Source: Minisyncoccota bacterium
GTDB lineage: Bacteria > Patescibacteriota > Minisyncoccia > Phycocordibacterales > PALSA-1337
Assembly: GCA_041666915.1 (NCBI GenBank)
Contig: JBAYFZ010000001.1
Location: 137,086-201,085, forward strand
DNA: 64,000 nucleotides
Direction: 5' to 3'
The notes below the pieces were generated by a model. The model worked only from the letters and a program-made list of their open reading frames with translations, searched no databases and was not told the origin of the DNA. Made by a program: the position numbers and the translations under genes. Numbering within the stretch: the stretch's first letter is position 1; the number at the start of each line of letters is the position of its first letter. This document shows positions 39,094 through 47,355 of the stretch, piece by piece.

Positions 39094-39690
39094 ATGCAAG
39101 AATGGCTCATACAACTTGTCACAGTTCACCCTTACGTTGTTTATGCAATTATAATTGTGACTGCTTGCGCCGAAGGGCCAATCCTGTCACTTATCGGTGG
39201 AGTCTTGATTAAGCTCGGTTATTTCTCTTTTATCCCACTTTATGTGGCTTTGATGGTCGGAGACTTACTTGGTGATGCTCTCTGGTATAATATCGGCCGT
39301 TATTATGGTCATCGTTTCATCAAACGTTTTGGAAAATATTTTGATATTACGGAAGAGTCAGTTATCAAAGTCACTGATATTTTTCATAAATACAAACATC
39401 ACATCCTTTTTATTTCTAAAATAACAAATGGTTTGGGTTTTGCTCTTGTTACTCTCATGACAGCTGGTATGGTTAAGATTCCATTTTGGAGATACATGGC
39501 TATCAATGCTACTGGTCAATTTGTCTGGACAGGATTCTTGATTGGTGTAGGATATTTCTTTGGTAATCTATATGTAACGGTTGAATCTGTTTTGGGAAAA
39601 ATGTTCGTTGTTGCTATGTTTATCTTGGTATTCATTGGATTCCTAAGATACAAGAGGTATTTATCCAAAAAAGCCAAAGCTTTTATATAA
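39094..39690 (+). CDS. DedA/SNARE-associated (VTT-domain) membrane protein.
   Basis: Motif spacing of …GDLLGDALWYNIGRYYG… and …ISKITNGLGFAL… typical of the DedA family. Confidence 0.75.
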   Translation: MQEWLIQLVTVHPYVVYAIIIVTACAEGPILSLIGGVLIKLGYFSFIPLYVALMVGDLLGDALWYNIGRYYGHRFIKRFGKYFDITEESVIKVTDIFHKYKHHILFISKITNGLGFALVTLMTAGMVKIPFWRYMAINATGQFVWTGFLIGVGYFFGNLYVTVESVLGKMFVVAMFILVFIGFLRYKRYLSKKAKAFI

Positions 39691-39703
39691 TCCTGCTTTC
39701 TAT

Positions 39704-40426
39704 ATGCTTTCTATAATAATCCCAACCTATAACGAGGAGAAGTACATCGGCGAAAGCTTAGAGCAATTCAAGCAAAAGCTTACTTTACCTCACGAAATCA
39801 TCGTATCTGATGACAAAAGTACTGACAAAACAGTTGAGATTGCCAAATCTTTTCAGGATGTGACCGTCCTAGTTCCAGAAAAAAAGCATCAAGCTATCGG
39901 AGCAAATAGAAACGAAGGAGCTCGTACAGCTAAAGGTGATTTTTTCGTTTTCATGGATGGAGATAGTAGAATAGAAAATCCTGATAAATTCTTTAGTACG
40001 ATTTTAGAATATTTTGAGGCTAATAAAAATGTAGTGGCTGTGACTACTTATTTGCAAGTTTTGAAAGAATGTGAGACTTTTACCGATCGTTTTATTTATA
40101 TTATTTTCAATTGGACACATGTTTTAAAAAATAATATCTTTCATACTGGCGAAGCTTCTGGCAAATTCCAGATGATTCGTAAGGAAGCTTTTTTGAAAGT
40201 TAACGGTTACCGCGAGGACCTCGTTTCTCGTGAAGATGCAAACATGTTCCAAAGATTGAGTGAAATAGGTAGAACCATCTGTTTATCCAATCTCAGGGTC
40301 TTCCATTATGGCCGTAGAGCGCATAGAATAGGGTGGCCCAAGCTTTTGTATATTTGGATGACCGAAACCTTGTATGTGGCTATAAATGACAGGTCAATAG
40401 CGAAGGAATGGAAAGATGTTAGATAA
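39704..40426 (+). CDS. Family 2 glycosyltransferase.
   Basis: MLSIIIPTYNEE…, …SDDKSTDKT…, DxD (MDGDSR). Confidence 0.8.
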   Translation: MLSIIIPTYNEEKYIGESLEQFKQKLTLPHEIIVSDDKSTDKTVEIAKSFQDVTVLVPEKKHQAIGANRNEGARTAKGDFFVFMDGDSRIENPDKFFSTILEYFEANKNVVAVTTYLQVLKECETFTDRFIYIIFNWTHVLKNNIFHTGEASGKFQMIRKEAFLKVNGYREDLVSREDANMFQRLSEIGRTICLSNLRVFHYGRRAHRIGWPKLLYIWMTETLYVAINDRSIAKEWKDVR

Positions 40427-40456
40427 AAATCCGACTACGGCGACCGAGGCAAAAAC

Positions 40457-41176
40457 ATGAAAATATCAATAGTAATACCAGCTTATAATGAAGAGAAAAA
40501 TATTGCAACGACAATAGAGGCTCTTTTGGCTCAAGATTATAAAGATTATGAGATAATTGTTGTTAATAATGCTAGTACTGATAAAACTTACGAAGTTGCC
40601 AGTAAGTTCCCTGTTAAAGTGGTAACTGAGAATAGGAAGGGACTTCTTTGGGCTCGTGAACGAGGGAGGATTGAAGCCGTCGGAGATATTATTGCTAACA
40701 CTGATGCGGATTGTTTGCCAGATAAAACTTGGTTATCAAATGGTTCTTCATATTTTATAGATGAGAAGATTGCCGCAGTTTCTGGACCATATGATTATTA
40801 TGATGCAGATTGGTTTTTCAGAAAGTCCTCATTGTTTTTTCAAAGTGCTATATATCCTATTGCTAATATGTTTTTCCAATTACCTTTCATTCATCGTGGA
40901 GCAACTATCATAGGTGGTAACAATTTCATACGGGCAAGTGCACTAGAAAAAGCCGGCGGTTATGATACTTCTATTACTTTTTATGGTGAAGATACCGATA
41001 CCGCCAAGCGTGTCTCTGCTCATGGTAAGGTCAAGTTCAGTCCAAGTGTTGTCATGAAGACCTCGGCTCGCCGTTTCAAGGCTGAAGGTAAGTTCAATCT
41101 GATGATGAAATATTGGTATCATTTTTTCAAGCATATTTTGTTTGTTAAGCCGGCAAAGAGGGTGGTGAAAAAGTAA
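40457..41176 (+). CDS. Family 2 glycosyltransferase.
   Basis: MKISIVIPAYNEE…, …NNASTDKT…, DxD (TDADC). Confidence 0.8.
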   Translation: MKISIVIPAYNEEKNIATTIEALLAQDYKDYEIIVVNNASTDKTYEVASKFPVKVVTENRKGLLWARERGRIEAVGDIIANTDADCLPDKTWLSNGSSYFIDEKIAAVSGPYDYYDADWFFRKSSLFFQSAIYPIANMFFQLPFIHRGATIIGGNNFIRASALEKAGGYDTSITFYGEDTDTAKRVSAHGKVKFSPSVVMKTSARRFKAEGKFNLMMKYWYHFFKHILFVKPAKRVVKK

Positions 41177-41295
41177 GTGAGTCTTTTGATTTTGGTTGAG
41201 CGAATTAAAGACTATTAAGATTAGAGGGGGGGTCGCTTTTACTTTTAAAGAAAAGAACGTCCGCACATATTACTCTTTGAAAATTCTCTCTTTCT

Positions 41296-41342
41296 CATAA
41301 AATAAATGTGACGGATTTTCCGTCACATTTATTTTATGAGAA
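41296..41342. other. Perfect 47-nt palindrome (CTCATAAAATAAATGTGACGGA-TTTT-CCGTCACATTTATTTTATGAG).
   Basis: 21-bp stem read directly. Lies between convergent genes, upstream of the terminator at 41390..41420. Confidence 0.7.
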
Positions 41343-41389
41343 AAAAGACTCCCTATCCCCTTCCTTTGAATTTCTTGCATATGAAAAAA

Positions 41390-41420
41390 CGTCGAAAAGT
41401 TCGACGTTTTTTCATTTTTC
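41390..41420. terminator. Bidirectional rho-independent terminator.
   Basis: AAAAAACGTCGAAAAGTTCGACGTTTTTTC. Confidence 0.75.
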
Positions 41421-41528
41421 AGTCTTTTCTGTTAGTCTCTACTTTCCTAGATCCTTATTTGAATTGGAATCTTTCACCTCTTAATTAATTCCATTAAATC
41501 CACCAACCTTTGAATAGGTTTTCAACTA

Positions 41529-42464
41529 TTAATCGGATTTCTTATTTGAATCCTTACCAGAATCACTTTTTGGAGTAGAAGTTGCGTTGTTACCCATATT
41601 TATATTTAACTTCTCCCTTTCCTTATCACCCTTTGTTAGAAGCTTAATAATAGTATTTGCTTCGTTCTTGGCAGAAGTGAGATCTCCATGAGCAACCTTT
41701 ATCTTTGCACGAGCAGACTGTAGAGCCTTCGTAGTAGAAGCCATCATACCTTTGTCTCCTTGATCAGGGATAAGGTTTGCAACATCCGTAATGGCTCCCT
41801 GAGCTTGTATTTGAGCATCAGCAACCTTGGAATTGAACCTTACAAGAGCTTCCCTAGCCGAAGCAATATTTGCCGATGTTATTTGACTTGAAGTTGCCTG
41901 ACTATTCAGACGAGCTTCCAATTTTGAGCTGACTATAGACATCATGCTTACCATTGTGGTTATTCTATCTGCTGACGCAATGATATTCATCTTTGGCATA
42001 AACAAAGCGTAAACGCGATATTTACTAGTTATAGAATCACGAGCTTCTTTTAGTGTCGTCGTTGAATTTGTAGTATCTATCGTGTTTTTAAGTTTGTTGA
42101 GCTCAGCTACAAGTTCGTTGACGTTTGAGGCGATAAAAGATTCATCATTATCGGATAGATTTTTGAATTCCTTAATCCTCTCTTGAAGTTTCTTTAAATC
42201 TTCTATCCTCTTTTCAAGTTCCTTATCAGCCGCTGTTTTGATTCTCTCAATCTTTTTTTCTGCCAATTCCCCCTTTTTTTCTTCAATTTCTTTTTTGTTA
42301 TCTGTTGAGGAAGCTGATCTGGTCTCAATCTCATTCTCAACCTCTTGATCATCTGAAGAAATTTTATTTACACGTCTTTCTTCAGCTGAAACTGAAGATA
42401 TTGTGATAAATAAAGCAAAAACCATAGAACATACTATAAGTGGAATTGTTGTTTTGTTTTTCAT
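41529..42464 (-). CDS. Secreted coiled-coil protein, hypothetical.
   Basis: Signal peptide. Highly charged heptad-rich sequence. No catalytic motif. Confidence 0.55.
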   Translation of the reverse strand: MKNKTTIPLIVCSMVFALFITISSVSAEERRVNKISSDDQEVENEIETRSASSTDNKKEIEEKKGELAEKKIERIKTAADKELEKRIEDLKKLQERIKEFKNLSDNDESFIASNVNELVAELNKLKNTIDTTNSTTTLKEARDSITSKYRVYALFMPKMNIIASADRITTMVSMMSIVSSKLEARLNSQATSSQITSANIASAREALVRFNSKVADAQIQAQGAITDVANLIPDQGDKGMMASTTKALQSARAKIKVAHGDLTSAKNEANTIIKLLTKGDKEREKLNINMGNNATSTPKSDSGKDSNKKSD

Positions 42465-42490
42465 ATTTGTATATTGGTTATGGTTAATAA

Positions 42491-42781
42491 TTATTTTATT
42501 GTCATACCCTGATCAACATTGGCTGCGTCAGCGTTCAAAGCTTCTACTTGTTTACTAAAAGCGTCAAGATCATTTTGTATAGCCGTAGTAGATGTGTCTG
42601 TCTCCGCACTAAGTCCTGTACCTGCTGTGTTAGGTTCTTTTGGTGGTGGAGTTACGACGGTTTCAGTTACTATTGGTGTTGGTTCTACTTTTACTTGCGA
42701 ATTGTTGTACCAAATCCAACCTATTACGATAATAACTAGTATAATCACTAGAGCAATACCCGTTTTTGCTGTTGTTGTCAT
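42491..42781 (-). CDS. Small membrane-anchored protein, hypothetical.
   Basis: N-terminal TM (IALVIILVIIVIGWIWY) followed by a Pro/Thr-rich linker. Confidence 0.5.
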   Translation of the reverse strand: MTTTAKTGIALVIILVIIVIGWIWYNNSQVKVEPTPIVTETVVTPPPKEPNTAGTGLSAETDTSTTAIQNDLDAFSKQVEALNADAANVDQGMTIK

Positions 42782-42892
42782 ATGATTTTTAATTTAAATA
42801 TTAATTGGTAATTCGTGTCACGGAGTTTGACGGTAGTCGTAAAAAACGGCAGTCAAACTCACCTTCATGTATCTTACCACAGTTTTGTTATT

Positions 42893-43014
42893 GTCATTCC
42901 CGCGAAGGCGGGAATCCAGAATTATTACGAATCAATAATCTATATTTTGTGGTAACCATGGATTCCCGGTCCATTCGACACGATTTTGCTAAATCGCCTT
43001 TGCGGGAATGACAC
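42893..43014. mobile_element. MITE-like element, copy D. The right TIR is interrupted by a ~29-nt insertion.
   Basis: GTCATTCCCGCGAAGGCGGGAATCCAGAATTATTACGAATCAATA…GGATTCCCGG[…]TTTGCGGGAATGACA. Confidence 0.8.
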
Positions 43015-43150
43015 AACACTGAGAATGACAAGCAAATAACTTTTCCACTGTTTGTCCACCTTTTTTATTTGGAGATATAAAAATTGCACGTGCTACAATT
43101 AAACAACTCAATTATATTTTTCACATAATTTTGTTTAAGAATTTTATTTC

Positions 43151-44530
43151 ATGGACACTGCTTCCCCTTATTTCAAAACTAGAGACCTCAAAATTCCGCC
43201 TCACAGTTTGGAAGCGGAAAAAGCTCTTCTTGGGTCCATCATGATCCGTGGTGAGGCAATGCATGACATTGTTGATATTGTTGGCGAACAATCTTTCTAT
43301 TCAAATATTCACAGAATGGTTTGGTCAGCTTTGTTGGAACTTCATACCAAAGGTTCTCCTATTGATGTTCTCACTTTGTCGGCCCGCCTCAAAGAAAAAG
43401 AGCAATTGGAACAGACTGGTGGCATGGCTTTCCTCACTGAACTCATCAACACGGTTCCTTCTTCTACTAACGCCAATCATTACGCTGAAATAGTTGAGAA
43501 AAAGCACAGCATGCGCGAACTTCTACGTGCAGCTGAGCAAATATCTGGTCTTGGTTATGATGAAGAATCAGAATTACATGAACTTTTGGAAAAAGCGGAA
43601 AAAGCCTTATATCATGTAACCAATAAGACAGGCTCACACAAATTTGTTGCTCTAAAAGACACTTTACATGAAGCATGGGAACGTTTGGATCATTTACACA
43701 AGACTACGGGTGAGCTTCGAGGTGTACCTTCTGGTTTTGCAGAGATTGATGCCAAACTTTCTGGTTTCCAAAAGTCTGACCTCATCATTCTCGCTGCCCG
43801 TCCTTCTATGGGAAAAACTTCCCTTGCTTTGGATATTGCACGTAAAGCTGCCGTCAATCACAAAGTTCCAGTCGCTATCTTTTCTCTAGAAATGAGCTCG
43901 CAACAATTGGTGGATCGTATGCTTTCTGCAGAATCACAAGTTGATAGTTGGAAGATACGCACCGGTCACAATCTTTCGGTTGAACAAGATTTCAAAGCTA
44001 TCGGTGAAGCTATCAGCCGTCTCTCCGATGCTCCTATTTATATTGACGATGCTCCGGGCAATAATATTTTGAAAATGCGCGCCGTCGCTCGTCGTCTCAA
44101 AAATGAAAAGGGTCTCGGACTTATCGTTGTGGACTACCTCCAGCTCATGTTGCCAACTACAACAAAGAACAACGACAACCTTGTTCAACAAGTCACCGAG
44201 ATTTCCCGCTCTTTGAAAAACCTCGCTCGTGAACTAGAAGTTCCTGTCCTAGCTTTGTCACAGCTTTCTCGTGCCGTGGAACAACGTGGTGGTAAACCTC
44301 GCCTTTCAGACCTTCGCGATTCAGGTTCTATTGAACAGGATGCTGACGTAGTCATGTTCATCCATCGTGAAGCCGACCAAGACCTCGGTGGTAAGAAGGA
44401 AGAAGCTGAGATTCTCATTGAAAAGCATAGAAACGGTCCTACTGGTATTGCCAAACTATTCTTTGATAGTAAGAAAACTACTTTCATGTCTATTGATAAA
44501 GCGGACTTTGGTGGTTTTGAGGAGAAGTAA
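43151..44530 (+). CDS. dnaB: Replicative DNA helicase.
   Basis: …PHSLEAEKALLGSIM… N-terminal motif. Walker A (ARPSMGKTS). Walker B (…VVDYLQLM…). RecA-like C-terminus. Confidence 0.95.
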   Translation: MDTASPYFKTRDLKIPPHSLEAEKALLGSIMIRGEAMHDIVDIVGEQSFYSNIHRMVWSALLELHTKGSPIDVLTLSARLKEKEQLEQTGGMAFLTELINTVPSSTNANHYAEIVEKKHSMRELLRAAEQISGLGYDEESELHELLEKAEKALYHVTNKTGSHKFVALKDTLHEAWERLDHLHKTTGELRGVPSGFAEIDAKLSGFQKSDLIILAARPSMGKTSLALDIARKAAVNHKVPVAIFSLEMSSQQLVDRMLSAESQVDSWKIRTGHNLSVEQDFKAIGEAISRLSDAPIYIDDAPGNNILKMRAVARRLKNEKGLGLIVVDYLQLMLPTTTKNNDNLVQQVTEISRSLKNLARELEVPVLALSQLSRAVEQRGGKPRLSDLRDSGSIEQDADVVMFIHREADQDLGGKKEEAEILIEKHRNGPTGIAKLFFDSKKTTFMSIDKADFGGFEEK

Positions 44531-44573
44531 GGGAGAGGTAAGAGGTAGGAGTTAAGAGATAAGAAGGTAAGAA
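44531..44573 (+). repeat. GTAAGAG-rich repeat, copy R3. It fills the whole dnaB-to-next-gene intergenic spacer.
   Basis: GGGAGAGGTAAGAGGTAGGAGTTAAGAGATAAGAAGGTAAGAA. Confidence 0.8.
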
Positions 44574-44575
44574 AA

Positions 44576-44980
44576 ATGCAGACAACAATTAAGATTCAAA
44601 AATTTACTGATTTAGTTGTTTGGCAAGAGGGTCATAAACTTGTTCTTATGATCTATAAGACAACTAGAAAGTTTCCTAAATCTGAGATATTTGGGCTTGT
44701 TAGTCAGATGCAAAGATCTGCCGTTTCAGTTACATCCAATATTGCTGAAGGGTTTGGTAGGCGTGCTTATAAAGAGAGGTCTCATTTTTATTATATTGCC
44801 CAAGGCTCACTTACTGAACTAAAAAATCAACTTTTAATTGCTAGGGATATAGGTTATATTTCAGATGTAGATTATTTAAATATTGAGGAACAAGCCAATC
44901 AAACGCACAGGATTCTTCAAGGGTTTATTTCGAAAACCAATCAATTTGCTGGATCTTATCTCTTAACTCCTACCTCTTAA
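44576..44980 (+). CDS. Four-helix-bundle protein (TIGR02436 / '23S rRNA intervening-sequence protein' family). Its last ~8 codons (…SYLLTPTS*) are encoded by repeat copy R4.
   Basis: …VVWQEGHKLVLMIYKTTRKFPKSEIFGLVSQMQRSAVSVTSNIAEGFGRR…HFYYIAQGSLTEL… matches the family consensus. Confidence 0.8.
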   Translation: MQTTIKIQKFTDLVVWQEGHKLVLMIYKTTRKFPKSEIFGLVSQMQRSAVSVTSNIAEGFGRRAYKERSHFYYIAQGSLTELKNQLLIARDIGYISDVDYLNIEEQANQTHRILQGFISKTNQFAGSYLLTPTS

Positions 44981-44989
44981 CTCTACTCC
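44955..44989 (-). repeat. GTAAGAG-rich repeat, copy R4. Inverted relative to R3, so the four-helix-bundle gene is bracketed by an inverted pair.
   Basis: CTTATCTCTTAACTCCTACCTCTTAACTCTACTCC. Confidence 0.8.
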
Positions 44990-44990
44990 T

Positions 44991-45635
44991 ATGGATTCCC
45001 TTCACCGCCTAGAAGAAATATTTGCCAAATTCCCCGGTATTGGTCCTCGCCAAGCCAAGCGTTTTGTTTATTATATTTTAAATAAGTCACCATCTTCTAT
45101 AAGAGAATTTACCCAGCTCATTGAAGAGGTCAAAAAGTCTACTTTGGAATGCTCAATGTGCCACCGCTTTTTTACTCTTACCTCTAATCTCCTACCTCTT
45201 AACTCCAAATCTTCTCTCTGCCAAATTTGCTCCGACACTTCCCGTGACCAATCCAGCTTGATGATAGTCGCTCGTGATTCAGATCTAGAGACTGTAGAAA
45301 AGAGTCACGCTTATAACGGTTTGTACTTTGTCCTTGGTGGGACAATACCTATTCTAGACAAAGAACCAGATAAGCGTATTCGTTTGGAAATGCTTTTGAA
45401 AAGAGTTTCGGCGGTTTCGGCTCCCACTAGGTCGGACCTCGCGGAAATTATCCTTTCTTTAAATACGACTCCTGATGGTGAGAATACTGCTCAAATAGTT
45501 AAAGAGGCCATACAAAAGGTTGTTGGTGCCAAACCTATCAAAATCTCGGTACTTGGTCGCGGTTTGTCTACTGGTGCCGAGTTGGAATATGTTGACGGTG
45601 AGACTATTAAGAGTGCCCTCAAAAATAGGAGTTAA
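44991..45635 (+). CDS. recR: Recombination protein RecR, carrying an in-frame 11-codon insertion inside the C4 zinc finger.
   Basis: HhH (…FPGIGPRQAKRFVYYIL…). Zinc finger CSMC-x19-CQIC instead of the usual about C-x2-C-x8-10-C-x2-C. Toprim and C-terminal domains present. Confidence 0.9.
   Translation: MDSLHRLEEIFAKFPGIGPRQAKRFVYYILNKSPSSIREFTQLIEEVKKSTLECSMCHRFFTLTSNLLPLNSKSSLCQICSDTSRDQSSLMIVARDSDLETVEKSHAYNGLYFVLGGTIPILDKEPDKRIRLEMLLKRVSAVSAPTRSDLAEIILSLNTTPDGENTAQIVKEAIQKVVGAKPIKISVLGRGLSTGAELEYVDGETIKSALKNRS
45174..45206 (-). repeat. GTAAGAG-rich repeat, copy R5. Exactly 33 nt, embedded in-frame in recR (encodes …TLTSNLLPLNS…).
   Basis: ACTCTTACCTCTAATCTCCTACCTCTTAACTCC. Confidence 0.8.
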
Positions 45636-45640
45636 AAAAC

Positions 45641-45667
45641 GCACTATTTCTGGTGCGTTTTTCTTAT
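45641..45667. terminator. Bidirectional terminator after recR.
   Basis: AAAAAACGCACTATTTCTGGTGCGTTTTTC. Confidence 0.7.
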
Positions 45668-45696
45668 CCCTTAACTCCTATCTCTTACCTCTACCC
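45663..45696 (-). repeat. GTAAGAG-rich repeat, copy R6.
   Basis: CTTATCCCTTAACTCCTATCTCTTACCTCTACCC. Confidence 0.75.
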
Positions 45697-46013
45697 TACT
45701 TCAACGCATCAATCTTGACCTGAACAAAAGGCTGTCTGTGACCATTTTTCTTGAAATAACGGCTCTTTTGTTTGTAGTGAACAACCACAACCTTAGGTTC
45801 ACGACCGATCTTTACGACAGTTGCTTTGACTGAAGCCTTTTCAATGAAAGGTGTGCCAATAGTAGTATTTTTGCCATCATCAACTAGGAGGACTTTGTCG
45901 AAGACGATCTTGTCGCCTTCTTTCTGAGTGTCAGAAAGCTTCTCAATGCTAATAACATCGCCCTTTGAGACGCTGTATTGCTTGCCACCTGTTTGAATTA
46001 CTGCAAATTCCAT
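45696..46013 (-). CDS. rplU: 50S ribosomal protein L21. The ORF-track start at 46055 is a spurious extension.
   Basis: MEFAVIQTGGKQYSV…KVLLV… L21 signature. 105 aa. Confidence 0.9.
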   Translation of the reverse strand: MEFAVIQTGGKQYSVSKGDVISIEKLSDTQKEGDKIVFDKVLLVDDGKNTTIGTPFIEKASVKATVVKIGREPKVVVVHYKQKSRYFKKNGHRQPFVQVKIDALK

Positions 46014-46060
46014 AGTGGAACATAGTATACAGGTTTTATTGGAACATGCAAGCAAAAAAT

Positions 46061-46136
46061 GGAGGTAAGAGGTAAGAGCTAAGAATAGTCACAAATGCGT
46101 TTTTTCTTAACTCTTACCTCCTAACTCTTAACTCTC
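46061..46136. repeat. GTAAGAG-rich repeats, copies R7 (+, 46061..46085) and R8 (-, 46106..46136). Together they form a near-perfect hairpin, GGAGGTAAGAG…CTCTTACCTCC.
   Basis: Read directly from the sequence. Located between rplU and rmuC. Confidence 0.8.
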
Positions 46137-47258
46137 TTCTGCGCTCTCCGGCTTCTCTATCATCGCTACCTCTATACCTGGAGCCACTTCTGTAATGCGT
46201 AGGATGTCTTTGTCTACCTTTTTGAGTTCCTTACCAGCAGTATTGTAATGATTGACCACCGTAGAAAGCGAAACTCCCAATTTACCATGATATTCTTCAT
46301 ATTTCTTTAAGTGTGTACCGAGATCCGAGACCCTCTTGATGATATCTTTTGCAGTTTCTTCTATTTGTAGTGCCTTCAAGCCTTGTAGAACTGTTTGTAA
46401 ATACGCCAAGAATGAAGTTGGAGAAACGATAATAACTTTGTACTTATTGGCTGCTCTCTGAATCAAGTTATCGGTCTCTTCGGTTACGGCCCCGATTTTG
46501 TTGACCAAAAGATCATAGTAAATAGCTTCGTGAGGTATAAACATGAAGGCAAAATCCATCGTCCCTTCGGTTGGTCGGACATATTTGGCAGTCTCTTGGA
46601 TACGGATTTTCAAATCACCAACAAAAGCCTTTTCTAGTTTATCTCTCTCGGCTGGATTTTTTTCCTCAGCCAATTTATTGTAATTTTCCAAAGAAAATTT
46701 GGAGTCTATCGGTATAACTTTATCTTTAACGAAAACAGCCGCATCTACGATCTCTCCATTCTTGAAAGCATATTGCATCTGATATTGTCCTGGCGCCAAA
46801 ACATTTTTGAGTAATGTTTCTAAATAATATTCACCGAGGATTCCACGATGCTTGGGATTTTTCAAAATATCTTGCAGATTTTGTAATTGATCAGCGAAAG
46901 AGACGACCTGTCTGTTGGTCTCATCGAGCTTGGTCAAGCCTTGGGTAACTTCTTTGATCAATTTTGAAGATTCAGAAAGTTGAGCACGCATTGATTCCTG
47001 CATGTTTCTGGATGATTCATGGATCTTGGTATCTACGGCTTTGGTAAGTCCATCAACCTTATTATCTACGGTCCTAGAAAGGTCACCGACACGTCGGTCT
47101 ACGATACGTCCGAGTTCATTTACTTGTTCCAAGATGAGATTCAATCCTTGCCCGTCTTCCTTTACCGGTTCTTCGTTCTTACGTCTCATAATGGCAAAAA
47201 TCATGACAATGTTGGCTACGACGGCAATGACGACTAAAATGATGAGGGTGGTTTGCAT
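46128..47258 (-). CDS. rmuC: DNA recombination protein RmuC.
   Basis: N-terminal TM, long coiled-coil, and the conserved C-terminal RmuC core (…FAFMFIPHEAIYYDLL…, …VIIVSPTSFLAYLQTV…). Confidence 0.85.
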   Translation of the reverse strand: MQTTLIILVVIAVVANIVMIFAIMRRKNEEPVKEDGQGLNLILEQVNELGRIVDRRVGDLSRTVDNKVDGLTKAVDTKIHESSRNMQESMRAQLSESSKLIKEVTQGLTKLDETNRQVVSFADQLQNLQDILKNPKHRGILGEYYLETLLKNVLAPGQYQMQYAFKNGEIVDAAVFVKDKVIPIDSKFSLENYNKLAEEKNPAERDKLEKAFVGDLKIRIQETAKYVRPTEGTMDFAFMFIPHEAIYYDLLVNKIGAVTEETDNLIQRAANKYKVIIVSPTSFLAYLQTVLQGLKALQIEETAKDIIKRVSDLGTHLKKYEEYHGKLGVSLSTVVNHYNTAGKELKKVDKDILRITEVAPGIEVAMIEKPESAEES

Positions 47259-47355
47259 GGGGGTATTATAACAGAAAATTTCTAATTTTTAATTACTAAT
47301 TTCTAAGAAAATCCAATGATGTATTTTATTCTGGATATGATAATATTTCCACAAT

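Noticed and set aside
42805-43011. 68-aa ORF (…CHSREGGNPELL…).
   Set aside because: It is encoded entirely by MITE copy D. The same peptide recurs wherever the TIR is translated.
27552-46136. Possibility that the GTAAGAG repeats form a CRISPR array.
   Set aside because: The copies are in both orientations, irregularly spaced by whole genes, partly inside coding sequence, and there are no cas genes. They are not CRISPR.
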